From Wolbachia endosymbiont of Dirofilaria (Dirofilaria) immitis (GTDB lineage Bacteria > Pseudomonadota > Alphaproteobacteria > Rickettsiales > Anaplasmataceae): a stretch of 32,000 nt of DNA. The position numbers and the translations under genes were made by a program. The notes below the pieces were generated by a model that saw only the letters and a list, made by a program, of their open reading frames with translations, did not search any database and was not told where the DNA came from. Positions 1 to 10,271 of this stretch are shown here, one piece after another (position 1 is the stretch's first letter; every line of letters starts with the position of its first letter). Location: NCBI RefSeq assembly GCF_013365455.1, contig NZ_CP046578.1, forward strand, positions 870,001-902,000, given 5' to 3'.

Positions 1-443
1 TTCTTCCTATAATTTATAATTTTTACCAATTTTCCAAAAAAGTAAGCACCTATTTATAATTTTAAGAAAAGCAAATAAATTCTTGTAACCCTAAAAGGAC
101 TAACTTCTTAACATAATTGATTTACTAAATTAGCAATATAACTATACGTTATTTTTCCTATGGAATTAATATTTCTTTAGTCATAGTACAGCGAAGATAA
201 TAGTTAAGACAAAAATCATATAATATAAACAGTTACTAGAAATGTAATATATAACAAGTACTAAAATAGAATGTCAAAGCTGAGAAATTAGACAAGAATA
301 GACTTAATATAAATTACAAACTCAATAATCAATTTAGTTACTAAATATATCTGTCAAGGATAAGTTACAAGAATAATAAAGTTTTTAATAAAAAAGGAGC
401 TAATATTAACGATTAAAGAAAGTGATTACTTAGAAACTTTGCT

Positions 444-927
444 GTAGCTCCCCCATATACTAATCACCAATATCTCCATCAACCTTAGCTCTCGAAGTTA
501 ACTGCACTAGAACACATCAAATACTTAACAATATGCAAAGCTTGTTCACTAATATCTGGCTTGAAACCACTAAACCATCAGTGTTCACCTCAAGCTTACA
601 AGTATACATGATATCCAACGCATGCTCTGCATCAATAACAATAAACGCACATAATTCTCCCTTTCTTCTGCAATCACATGCAAAGCAAGAATAGTTTTAC
701 AGAACTCTCAGAACTGAATACCTCAATTATCATCCCTTTAGCAACCCTTCAATGCTAAGAGCTAAATTAACGCAATCGACCTTGTGAACATCGTGTCTAT
801 TCCTCTACAAGATTTTGCCTAAATTTCATTATTGAATCACTACCAAACGCTTTTTCAATTTAACTTATTACACATTGTCTAATGCTCTTCGTTTATTATT
901 ATCTCTTTCCTCTGAGCTGCTTGCCAT
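444..927 (-). pseudogene. recA: recA remnant: N-terminal ~half of RecA, multiple frameshifts/stops, C-terminus missing
   Basis: Reverse-strand translation pieced across frames: MASSSEERDNNKRRALDNV* ... IEKAFGSDSIMKFRQNLVEE* ... EGLLKGMIIEVFSSESSVK / [12 protein letters not shown] ... [30 protein letters not shown] / PDISEQALHIVKYLMCSSAVN / RAKVDGDIGD. These match RecA landmarks [64 protein letters not shown] and PRAEIEGDMGD, in the correct order. Confidence 0.93.
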
Positions 928-1067
928 GAATCATTTATTAATTATATAACCTTCATATTAATCGAATATTAATAACTTGCCAAGGGTTTTCTAACAACAA
1001 GAAACATTATCATAAAAAATTAGCTACCAAAAATTACATTAAAATAGAAATCAAACAGGCATTTATA

Positions 1068-1805
1068 ATGCGATATAAAATAATAACAGAATACAATGGC
1101 AGTAGCTTCTCTGGTTGGCAGAAACAGCAGCACTCTGCTAACTCAATCCAGGAAACTATAGAAAACGCAATATTTAACTTCAGTGGCGAGAAAACTACTT
1201 TATACTGCGGCGGAAGAACTGATGCAGGAGTTCATGCTTTAGGGCAAGTTGCTCATTTTGATATGGAAAGAGAATTTGAATCCCATAAAATAAGGAATGC
1301 AATAAATTATTACCTAAAATCGATTCCTGTAGTTATCCTTGATGTAGAAATTGTAGATAATGCATTTCACTCGCGATTTTCAGCAAAAAAAAGACATTAT
1401 GAGTACAGAATAATTAATCGCTATGCCCCTACAGCTTTAGAAGCTGGTTATGTGTGGCAAGTGTTTAACCCACTCGATGTAGATATCATGCGTAAGGCCG
1501 CCAAACACTTACTCGGAAAGCATAATCTTTCAAGCTTCCGTTCAAAAAACTGTCAAGCTAAAAACCCGATAAGAACAATCGATGATATTGAGATAACCCA
1601 AAATGGAAACCATATATACATTAAAATATCCGCTATTTCTTTCTTACATAATCAAGTGAGGATTATTGTCGGTACTTTAGTTAAATTCGGGAAAAATAGA
1701 ACTAATCCACAAGAAATGTTAAATATATTAAATCAACATAAAAGAAAGGCTGCTGGAGTTACTGCACCGCCTTGTGGTTTATACTTGGTAAAAATAGATT
1801 ACTAG
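1068..1805 (+). CDS. truA: tRNA pseudouridine(38-40) synthase TruA
   Basis: 245 aa; YNGSSFSGWQKQ, CGGRTDAGVHALGQVAHF, FLHNQVRIIVGTL motifs. Confidence 0.97.
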   Translation: MRYKIITEYNGSSFSGWQKQQHSANSIQETIENAIFNFSGEKTTLYCGGRTDAGVHALGQVAHFDMEREFESHKIRNAINYYLKSIPVVILDVEIVDNAFHSRFSAKKRHYEYRIINRYAPTALEAGYVWQVFNPLDVDIMRKAAKHLLGKHNLSSFRSKNCQAKNPIRTIDDIEITQNGNHIYIKISAISFLHNQVRIIVGTLVKFGKNRTNPQEMLNILNQHKRKAAGVTAPPCGLYLVKIDY

Positions 1806-1809
1806 CAGC

Positions 1810-2919
1810 TTAAATTCTTATTGGCATTACTACATATAATGCATTTGGATCATTTTCATCAGTGATAATTGCAGCACTGTTACTATCAACCAAGGTAAAT
1901 TTACATTTATCTTTTATACAAGATAAAGCATCAAGCAAATACCGCGAATTAAATCCTATTTCTATAGGGGCTCCATTATAATTTACCTCTATAGATTCAG
2001 TTGCATCACTACATTCTTGAGAGTTTGAGTGTAGAGTTAATAGTTTTTTTTTTAATAAGAATCTAATAAATTTTATTTTATCAGACACGACAACGGAAAC
2101 TCGATCTATGACACTAGCCAATTTACTACTTTCAACAATCATTTGTTTATCTTGAGATATTGGGATAACAGCTTTATAATCTGGAAAAGTTCCATCTATC
2201 AATTTCGATATTAGAATATAACTACCACACGTGAATTTGATTTTTCTGTCTGAAAGCTTTATGTTAACTTCAATATAATCATCTAATATTTTTAGCAGCT
2301 CCACAACAGTCTTACGTGGAATGATTACACTAAACTCACTACTAACGTTTTCAGGCCTTGGTTTTCTTATACACGATAATCGATGGCCATCAGTTGCAAC
2401 ACAGGACAGAAATTGCTTATCTGTATGCAGATATATTCCATTCAAATTATATCTTGTATCATCTAATGACACTGCAAACTTTGTTTTAGTTAATAGATTT
2501 ACCAAATCCTCACTTAGTAGAGTAAAATCATGCTCATAATTGCCTTCTTCAAGAATAGGAAAATTATTTGAAATTATATTCGGTAAAAAAAAATTCGCAT
2601 TTCCACAAGATATTAATAACTTCCCCTGACTATTCATTTCAAAATGAACATCTAAATCAGATGGTAGCTTTTTTACTATACTGTGTAAAGTATGTGCTGA
2701 AATTTTTACTTCCCCTTTCACTAACACATCCGCAGCAAGTGAGGCAAATATTGAAATATCAAGATCAGTGGCCTTCAACTTTATGCTGCTATGTTGTGCT
2801 TCGATATTTACACATGCTAAAACATCTATCGTATTGCGTCTTTCAACCACTCCACTTATTCTAGATAGCGTATTCAGAAGGTTTGCGCGGCCTACGCTAA
2901 AACAGATTTGCCCACACAT
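1810..2919 (-). CDS. dnaN: DNA polymerase III subunit beta (sliding clamp)
   Basis: 369 aa; ATDGHRLS, FPDYKAVIP, GFNSRYLLDAL, C-terminal YVVMPIRI. Confidence 0.96.
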   Translation of the reverse strand: MCGQICFSVGRANLLNTLSRISGVVERRNTIDVLACVNIEAQHSSIKLKATDLDISIFASLAADVLVKGEVKISAHTLHSIVKKLPSDLDVHFEMNSQGKLLISCGNANFFLPNIISNNFPILEEGNYEHDFTLLSEDLVNLLTKTKFAVSLDDTRYNLNGIYLHTDKQFLSCVATDGHRLSCIRKPRPENVSSEFSVIIPRKTVVELLKILDDYIEVNIKLSDRKIKFTCGSYILISKLIDGTFPDYKAVIPISQDKQMIVESSKLASVIDRVSVVVSDKIKFIRFLLKKKLLTLHSNSQECSDATESIEVNYNGAPIEIGFNSRYLLDALSCIKDKCKFTLVDSNSAAIITDENDPNALYVVMPIRI

Positions 2920-3186
2920 AGAATTTTGTTCTTTGATTTTTATATATACCTATAATCTCTGCCATATTAGCACTTTAAAATATATTCTAAATGATATTCA
3001 CATTCCACTTAAAGTAAAGTACTATCTGTCAAGGCTTACGGTAAGCTAGTAAACAAGAATTCTGTTGCCTACTAGTAAAACTCAAAGATGAAAGCAACTA
3101 AAACAAAATCTTGAATTTAGAAAGGGGATTGATTTAAAATCCATAAATATCTATCCTTATATGTAATTTCCATGTAATAGACGTGT

Positions 3187-3462
3187 ATGCACCCAATTAT
3201 ATACTTACTTAATTTGCTACTCGATCTTTACAGCGTCACTCTAATATGTTGGGTCATCCTGGACTGGTTGATTAAGCTTAATGTAGTCAACATGTACAAT
3301 GAAACCATAAGCAGTACAATGCAAACTCTAAGCCAACTCATTCACCCACCACTAAAGGTCATTAGAAGATACATACGGCCGTTCAATGGATTAGATTTAT
3401 CTATAATGATATTGCTAATAACAATTCACTTTGTAAAATACACAATGAATTACTACTTTTAA
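3187..3462 (+). CDS. YggT family membrane protein
   Basis: 91 aa; two hydrophobic segments, LIHPPLKVIRRYIRPFNGLDLSIMILL typical of the YggT family. Confidence 0.85.
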   Translation: MHPIIYLLNLLLDLYSVTLICWVILDWLIKLNVVNMYNETISSTMQTLSQLIHPPLKVIRRYIRPFNGLDLSIMILLITIHFVKYTMNYYF

Positions 3463-3466
3463 GTAG

Positions 3467-5587
3467 ATGATAAAAAAATGCCTGAAGTCAGTAGTATACC
3501 TATTGCTCCTAATGTACACATATATATCAGTTCTCAGCTACAACTATAAAGATTCATCCTTAAACACAGTTACAGATGAAAAAGTTACAAACTTAGGTGG
3601 AGTAGTGGGCTCATATTCAGCTGATATATTAGTTCAATTACTTGGATTAGCTAGTATTACAGTAATTACAACTGTAGTTTACTTTTTAACCTTCAAACCA
3701 TCAAAAAGGCTACTAAAAATTCTTTACTTAACATTAATCAACCTAGGAATATGTGCTACATTAGCGCGACTCTCACTTAGTATCACTGCAAAATACATGC
3801 ACAGTGGAATAGTGGGAAACGCTCTAATTAGCCATTGCCCATTTTACATATTTACAGTAGCAACGTCAATAGGCTTAATAGGATTAATTGGCTGGAAAAG
3901 AATGATTTACTTCCTGTTCTTCTTATATAAAAAAGTAGCCTATCCCCCTGCAAAGGTTTTATTTTTAAAGTTATATAAAATTACTAAATACTTAATTACA
4001 CTATTAATAATAGAAGAAAAATACAGAACTCAAATTATCACTAAACAACAGCTAAAAAGAAGACAGAAAAAAGCCACCAAAAAGACCTTTATACCTTTCA
4101 GTGAATTTAAATTTCCAAGTATTCATTTACTTTCTAAAGCAGAGAAATCTTTACAGAGAAATCAGCTGAATAAAATAGAAAGTAACAAGAATTTATCTCT
4201 ATTGAAACAGGTCCTTAATGACTTTGGCGTGCAAGGAAAAATTATCAACGTATGTTATGGACCAGTTATAACTTTATACAAACTTGAACCACAAGCTGGT
4301 ACAAAATCTGCAAGAGTGGTTGGTCTTGCAGATGATATTGCACGTTCAATGAGTGCACTCTCTGCACGAATTTCAATAGTTCGTGGGCAAAATGCTATAG
4401 GAATAGAATTACCAAATAAGGAGCGAGAAATTGTGGTGCTACGTGACCTACTCGAATCGCCAGAGTACCAAAATGCAAACTTAAACCTTCCAATTGCACT
4501 CGGCAAAGAGATAAGCGGAAAACCAATTATTGTCGATTTAGCTAAAATGCCACACTTACTTGTTGCTGGAACCACAGGGTCAGGCAAATCAGTTACAATT
4601 AATACTATGATCCTTTCACTCATTTATCGATTAAGTCCTAATAAATGTAAGATGATAATGATTGATCCCAAAATGCTTGAACTTTCAATATATGATAAAA
4701 TACCGCATCTAATAACACCAGTAGTAACAGAGCCAAAAAAAGCTGTGATTGCCCTTAAGTGGATAATAAAAGAAATGGAAAATCGCTATCGCATGATGTC
4801 ATATCTAAGCGTACGTAATATAATAAACTATAACCAAAAAATTACAGAAGCGATAAATAGTGGAACAGAATTAGAGCATGTGGTGCAAATTGGCTTCAAC
4901 TCAACGACAGGTAAGCCTCTGTTTGAAAAAATACCGATTAAAATGGAAACATTTCCGTACATTATAGTAATTGTAGATGAAATGGCAGACTTGATGCTTG
5001 TTGCTGGCAAGGATATAGAACACTCTATTCAACGTTTAGCTCAGATGGCTCGTGCTTCAGGAATACATATCATAATGGCAACACAACGTCCATCTGTAGA
5101 TGTAATAACAGGTGTGATAAAAGCAAACTTTCCAACGAGAATCAGTTTCGCTGTCACTTCTAAAATAGATAGCCGTACAATACTTGGTGAACAAGGGGCT
5201 GAACAACTCCTCGGCATGGGCGATATGCTCTACATGGCCTCTGGTGGTAAGGTTATTCGAGTTCACGGCCCATTTGTAAGCGATGGTGAAGTACAAAACA
5301 TAGTAAATCATCTAAAAGCACAAGGCGAGCCAAACTACATAAAGGAAATCATAAAAGATAAAAATTCTTCCACAGAATTGGATTATGACATAGACAATAA
5401 AGAGAATAATCTATACAAGCAAGCAGTGGAGATTATTCAGAAAGATCGAAAAGTCTCAACCAGTTACATTCAGAGACAGCTTAGAATAGGCTATAACAGA
5501 GCTGCCAATATTATTGAAAGAATGGAAAAAGAAGGTGTTGTTAGTGCTCCGAATTACTCAGGAAAAAGAGAAATATTAGTAGAATGA
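3467..5587 (+). CDS. ftsK: DNA translocase FtsK
   Basis: 706 aa; N-terminal TM segments, Walker A VAGTTGSGKSV, IVIVDEMADLM, ATQRPSVDVITGVIKANFPTRISF, C-terminal winged-helix gamma domain. Confidence 0.97.
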   Translation: MIKKCLKSVVYLLLLMYTYISVLSYNYKDSSLNTVTDEKVTNLGGVVGSYSADILVQLLGLASITVITTVVYFLTFKPSKRLLKILYLTLINLGICATLARLSLSITAKYMHSGIVGNALISHCPFYIFTVATSIGLIGLIGWKRMIYFLFFLYKKVAYPPAKVLFLKLYKITKYLITLLIIEEKYRTQIITKQQLKRRQKKATKKTFIPFSEFKFPSIHLLSKAEKSLQRNQLNKIESNKNLSLLKQVLNDFGVQGKIINVCYGPVITLYKLEPQAGTKSARVVGLADDIARSMSALSARISIVRGQNAIGIELPNKEREIVVLRDLLESPEYQNANLNLPIALGKEISGKPIIVDLAKMPHLLVAGTTGSGKSVTINTMILSLIYRLSPNKCKMIMIDPKMLELSIYDKIPHLITPVVTEPKKAVIALKWIIKEMENRYRMMSYLSVRNIINYNQKITEAINSGTELEHVVQIGFNSTTGKPLFEKIPIKMETFPYIIVIVDEMADLMLVAGKDIEHSIQRLAQMARASGIHIIMATQRPSVDVITGVIKANFPTRISFAVTSKIDSRTILGEQGAEQLLGMGDMLYMASGGKVIRVHGPFVSDGEVQNIVNHLKAQGEPNYIKEIIKDKNSSTELDYDIDNKENNLYKQAVEIIQKDRKVSTSYIQRQLRIGYNRAANIIERMEKEGVVSAPNYSGKREILVE

Positions 5588-5656
5588 TTTTAAAACCATC
5601 TACACCATAATACCTACAAGCAGGTAACACAATAATACCAAATTTAAATAAGATAA

Positions 5657-6637
5657 ATGGGTTTACCTACAAAAATATTTTTCAGTTCGTTCATTTTCGG
5701 ACTTATTCTTTACCCTTACTTTATAAAATTTCTAAAGAAAATCAACAAAGGTGGACAACCTATTAGGTTATGCGGTCCAGAAAGTCATTTAATCACAAAG
5801 AGAAACACTCCTACTATAGGTGGAACAATAATATTGATTTCTGCTTCATTACCAGTTCTACTCTGGACTCAGCTAACGCCAGAGACCCTATTGCTGGTAT
5901 TTATAATTCTATTTTTTGCTCTGATTGGATTTATTGACGATTATTTAAAACTAAAAACACACGCCTATCAAGGTTTAAGAGCGAAAACTAGAATATTCAT
6001 CCAACTTATAGTCGTCCTTGTTGTTCTATTTATATTTAGGCTACATTTTACTGAAGGTTCTACAAAAACGTTTTTATTTAGGGAAATAACAATCGATCTC
6101 GGCTATCTATATGTCCCATTCGCTGCATTTGTAATCGTTGGCTCTGCTAACGCTGTAAATCTCACAGACGGTCTTGATGGACTTGCTGCAACTCAATCTA
6201 TCACTTCTTTTGTTTCTCTAGGATTAATTGCATACTTGACTCAAGCAGGAGTGAGCATTATTTTATTCTGTATTGCATTTATAGGAGCAATTTTAAGTTT
6301 CCTATGGTTCAATACCCATCCAGCAAAAATATTCATGGGTGACATCGGTAGCTTATCAACCGGTGCAGCTTTAGGATTAATTAGTGTTTTAGTCAAAAGA
6401 GAAATACTTTTCGCTGTTATCGGAGTAATCTTTATCATTGAAACTTTGTCTGTTATAATCCAGACATCATATTTTAAGTATACAAAGTCTAAGTATGGAA
6501 AGGGAAAAAAGATTTTTCTTATGGCACCAATACATCACCATTTCGAAATGAAGGGGTGGTTAGAAAATGAAATAGTTGTGAAATTTTGGATAATCGCTAT
6601 TATTTGTTCAACCTTTACTATAGCTTTCTTGTTATAG
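5657..6637 (+). CDS. mraY: phospho-N-acetylmuramoyl-pentapeptide-transferase
   Basis: 326 aa; TPTIGG, FIDDYLK, NAVNLTDGLDGLA, HHHFEMKGW, multiple TM segments. Confidence 0.97.
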   Translation: MGLPTKIFFSSFIFGLILYPYFIKFLKKINKGGQPIRLCGPESHLITKRNTPTIGGTIILISASLPVLLWTQLTPETLLLVFIILFFALIGFIDDYLKLKTHAYQGLRAKTRIFIQLIVVLVVLFIFRLHFTEGSTKTFLFREITIDLGYLYVPFAAFVIVGSANAVNLTDGLDGLAATQSITSFVSLGLIAYLTQAGVSIILFCIAFIGAILSFLWFNTHPAKIFMGDIGSLSTGAALGLISVLVKREILFAVIGVIFIIETLSVIIQTSYFKYTKSKYGKGKKIFLMAPIHHHFEMKGWLENEIVVKFWIIAIICSTFTIAFLL

Positions 6638-6643
6638 AAACTT

Positions 6644-7240
6644 ATGACATACCCGGACTTTACATTAGAAAATGAGTTACCAGGAGTAGTAGCAGGAGTG
6701 GACGAAGTTGGGAGAGGGCCGTTAGCTGGTCCAGTAATATCTGCAGCAGTAGTATTTACTGGGAAAAATACAATCATTAAAGGAATCAACGACTCAAAAA
6801 AATTGACTGCTAAAAGTAGGCAAGTTTTATATGAAAAAATAATATCTGTTGCAAAATTTGGCATAGGAATAGCAAGTGTAAAGGAAATAAATTCATACAA
6901 TATTTTGCAAGCAACAAAACTTTCAATGCAGCGTGCGTTGATAGACTTAGGGTTAGAATTAGATTATGTGCTAGTTGACGGTAATCAAGCACCTAAAATA
7001 AAATGGCAAGTAAGGTCCATAGTACATGGTGATAGTTTGAGTATATCGATTGCAGCAGCCTCGATCATTGCAAAAGTTACAAGAGATCAGCTGATGCAAA
7101 AATTGCATAATCAACATCCAAAATACAATTGGTACAAAAATAAAGGATATGGAACAAAAGAGCACATAGAAGCCATAGATCTCTACGGTATTACAAAACA
7201 TCATAGAAAAAGCTTTACGCACATTCTAAAACCACGATAA
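6644..7240 (+). CDS. rnhB: ribonuclease HII
   Basis: 198 aa; GVDEVGRGPLAGPV, INDSKKLTAKSR, VDGNQ, KVTRDQLM, GYGTKEHIEAI. Confidence 0.97.
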   Translation: MTYPDFTLENELPGVVAGVDEVGRGPLAGPVISAAVVFTGKNTIIKGINDSKKLTAKSRQVLYEKIISVAKFGIGIASVKEINSYNILQATKLSMQRALIDLGLELDYVLVDGNQAPKIKWQVRSIVHGDSLSISIAAASIIAKVTRDQLMQKLHNQHPKYNWYKNKGYGTKEHIEAIDLYGITKHHRKSFTHILKPR

Positions 7241-7252
7241 ACTAACATGTAT

Positions 7253-7924
7253 TCACCTGTATTTATAACCATCAACAATAAATTTAAACGGCATCATACC
7301 ATCTAAAGCTGCTTTTATATTAGATAAAGTAAAGCTGATGTCAACAGTCTGTTTTTTCACTTTTTTATTTTGCTCAATTATAAAAAACACAGTAGCGTTT
7401 CCTGGAAAGGCTACTAAATCCTCAACTGATCGGTCAATAAATAATTTTGTCACATTTATATTAGTAATTTTTCTTTTAACAAAAGGTAAATCTCCAGCTT
7501 CATTATTCACTTTTTCTTGAAAACTTTGATAGATTCTATGTGTGGAATTGTTTTTCACAAAAATTTTTTGGCACTCTGACTCAACAATTTTATTCGATTC
7601 ATATACCTTAATATACTTATTTATTAAGTATCTAGCTGTGGAAATGTATTCATCTTTTTTTTCATTTGAATTGAGCTTACGCATTACAGAAAACTCATCT
7701 TCTGTATGATTCGCATATCTAATAAAGTTTAAGTCTTTTTTAACAGGAAACAAAAGATATATATTCAGTAGTAATAGACATAAGCATACCAGAAGAAATG
7801 ATACTATAACTACCATCCAAGATCTTTCTACTACACAAAACAGATATCTATGACAATACCATTCGACTGCTTTATTAAAATAACTCTTATTTTTTACTGA
7901 CTCAAATAGTCTATTCTCCATCAC
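7253..7924 (-). CDS. VirB8-like type IV secretion protein (probable stand-alone paralog)
   Basis: 223 aa; short cytoplasmic N-terminus, one TM (WMVVIVSFLLVCLCLLLLNIYLLFPV), then periplasmic domain with D..RYANHTEDEFSVMR...ISTARYLINKYIKVYES pattern seen in Rickettsiales VirB8 proteins. Confidence 0.72.
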   Translation of the reverse strand: MMENRLFESVKNKSYFNKAVEWYCHRYLFCVVERSWMVVIVSFLLVCLCLLLLNIYLLFPVKKDLNFIRYANHTEDEFSVMRKLNSNEKKDEYISTARYLINKYIKVYESNKIVESECQKIFVKNNSTHRIYQSFQEKVNNEAGDLPFVKRKITNINVTKLFIDRSVEDLVAFPGNATVFFIIEQNKKVKKQTVDISFTLSNIKAALDGMMPFKFIVDGYKYR

Positions 7925-8673
7925 AGAAGACCAAGTATAACTACTATAATAATAAATTTAAAAAAAACTGAAATCATGTCTAAACTTTTCAAAGTAGGAT
8001 GAATAATTATATTATCTTATTCCAGCAACAAGGTAAAATTTATCGATTCTATAATATCTACCATTTTTGCATCAAAATTTTCAAAGACCACAGGCATTAT
8101 CAACCTGTACTTTTTATACTAATTACAGTAACATAACTTATCTTAATAATCAAAATAACCAAATCCATCAGCAAGGATCATGCTTTTCTAACTAACCTAT
8201 CTTCAGTTAATCAAAATAAATTAATCACACAATTTTGTAATCTAGGTTCAATAAGCTCTTCCATAGCAAAAACTTAGATGCATAATTAAGACATTCCTTT
8301 TAAGCTAACAATCTTGAGATAATGAAAACTTCAGGGGAGGAGGTCATCATTTTTTACAATATAGTCACATATAACGAACCACCACTGAGCACATAAGATA
8401 ACGAACTTTCGAAAGATGGGTACAATGATTGCTTTATTAGGCTAAAACCAACCTTACAGATGCTACTTAACAACCATTTTTTCTTTTCTAAAGTTACTCC
8501 TTGATCCGTACCTATATTTTCAACTAAGTTCAATCCTTTCTACATATATCGACATAATTTTTTATTAAAACTTTATTAAGTGCTATATAAAAATTCATCT
8601 TCAGTCAAGCTATGGATTTCAAACACTAAATTAACAGAACTTTATCATAAGTTTAAGTTGAAAATACTACATT

Positions 8674-9504
8674 TTATAAAACTGGTATTATGATATTAAC
8701 TGCATTAGCTAAAACATGCTTTCTATCTAAGTGTAGCTGCCTAGCAGCAATAAAAAGTTCATCCACTTTTTTCCACTGACTTAGCAGAACCTCAACATTA
8801 CTTATTCCTCTTTTTATGCTTTCTAAAATGAAAGTTTGAATCATATATGACGCTAATTCTAGCTCAATTTTGCTATTAATCACTTTATGAATCACTTCAG
8901 GATTATCTAAATCATAAAGGAATTTATAAAAGCATCTATATATTTTATAAGTATCACTACTTATTATACTTATAATTATCCCCGGCGCCCCAGGAAATAA
9001 AGTAATAACTTCATTAAATGTTTGATCATCAAATTTACACTGAGATGAAACAATTTCCCTTGTTTCATTGTAGGTCAATGGCAGTAAATTTAGCTGAAGA
9101 CATCTACACTTAATAGTAGTCTGTATATTGTATGGCTTATGACTAATTATAAATATTTTAGAATTTTTTGGCGGCTCCTCTAGTATTTTTAATATTGCGT
9201 TTCTAGCACTACTTGTCATTGCTTCTAAACTATCTATTATAGCAACTTTATATTCCGATTGAATAGGGCTTAAGTGCAGAAAATCTTTCATCTCTCTCAC
9301 TCCTTCTACTCCTATTGTATCACCCTCAACAATGTACAAATCCAACGCTACTTCACTACAGTTTCTCACAAGAAACCAGTTAGAAAAAGACTTTGCAAGT
9401 GTTGCTTTTCCTATGCCTTTCTTACCACAGATTAGCCAAGATTGAATAGACAAGTTATTCATTAATTTCTTCTTAGCTTGATCATGCCCTATTACCTTTT
9501 TCAT
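8674..9504 (-). CDS. holB: DNA polymerase III subunit delta'-like (clamp-loader ATPase family)
   Basis: 276 aa; GHDQAKKKL, GKKGIGKATLAKSF, VAIIDSLEAMTSSARNAILKILEEPPKNSKIFIISHKP, TTIKCRCLQLN. Confidence 0.87.
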   Translation of the reverse strand: MKKVIGHDQAKKKLMNNLSIQSWLICGKKGIGKATLAKSFSNWFLVRNCSEVALDLYIVEGDTIGVEGVREMKDFLHLSPIQSEYKVAIIDSLEAMTSSARNAILKILEEPPKNSKIFIISHKPYNIQTTIKCRCLQLNLLPLTYNETREIVSSQCKFDDQTFNEVITLFPGAPGIIISIISSDTYKIYRCFYKFLYDLDNPEVIHKVINSKIELELASYMIQTFILESIKRGISNVEVLLSQWKKVDELFIAARQLHLDRKHVLANAVNIIIPVL

Positions 9505-9525
9505 TCCCCTCCCATAAATTTCTGT

Positions 9526-10131
9526 TCAAAAGCATATCTTATTCACCATTTGAAGTGAAACTACACCCTCCCTTATAACCTTAATCTTATCCTGAGTTAA
9601 GTCTACAATAGTAGACTCCACACCGGAAACTAATTTATCATCTTCAGCTACTACTGATAAATGTTGTTTGATAGGTTTAGGTATATCGCTAGCTCTACAC
9701 ACACCTCGTTCCCCTGAAATATTTACACTAGTCGCAATTATTGGGGACTTCAGTTCATTTAATATTGAAATTGCAATAGGATGATCAGGAATTCTTATGC
9801 CTACAGTACCTCTAAAGAATTCATTTGGCAATATATTATTACTGTTGAGCTGTAAAATATAGGTAACTGGCCCAGGAGAAAAGTAATTTATTAAACTAAT
9901 ATACTTTTCCTCTAGCTTTGCTATTTTTGCCAAGCTATAAATATCATTAACAAATATAGATAGTGGTTTATTTCGAGAACGCTTCTTTACTTGGTATATT
10001 CTCTCTATAGCTCTGCCATCTAGTGCACTACAAGCAAGAGCATAAATCGTTTCTGTTGGAAAACAGACCAATAAGTTATCACGTATGGCACTTATTATTC
10101 TAGGTATCATATAGTTAAAACTTATATTCAC
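9526..10131 (-). CDS. tsaC: L-threonylcarbamoyladenylate synthase (Sua5/YrdC/TsaC family)
   Basis: 201 aa; FPTETIYALACSA, KKRSRNKPLSIFV, FSPGPVTYIL, VGIRIPDHP, ATSVNISGE, STIVDLT, IREG. Confidence 0.93.
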   Translation of the reverse strand: MNISFNYMIPRIISAIRDNLLVCFPTETIYALACSALDGRAIERIYQVKKRSRNKPLSIFVNDIYSLAKIAKLEEKYISLINYFSPGPVTYILQLNSNNILPNEFFRGTVGIRIPDHPIAISILNELKSPIIATSVNISGERGVCRASDIPKPIKQHLSVVAEDDKLVSGVESTIVDLTQDKIKVIREGVVSLQMVNKICF

Positions 10132-10271
10132 AATAATTATTTTACATGAAGCGAATAATTCTACATAACCTTTACAATATCACTTTTCTCTACTAAACTT
10201 GACATGAAATAGTATATAGTTAATACTTAAGTAAGTTTGCTTAAATTTATCGTTAACAACTAAGGTTAAAT

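Noticed and set aside
2321-2864. Plus-strand ORFs inside dnaN (2321-2539, 2568-2864)
   Set aside because: Antisense to a conserved dnaN frame; shadow ORFs.
4255-5010. Minus-strand ORFs inside ftsK (4255-4623, 4828-5010)
   Set aside because: Antisense to a clearly conserved FtsK coding region; no recognisable protein features.
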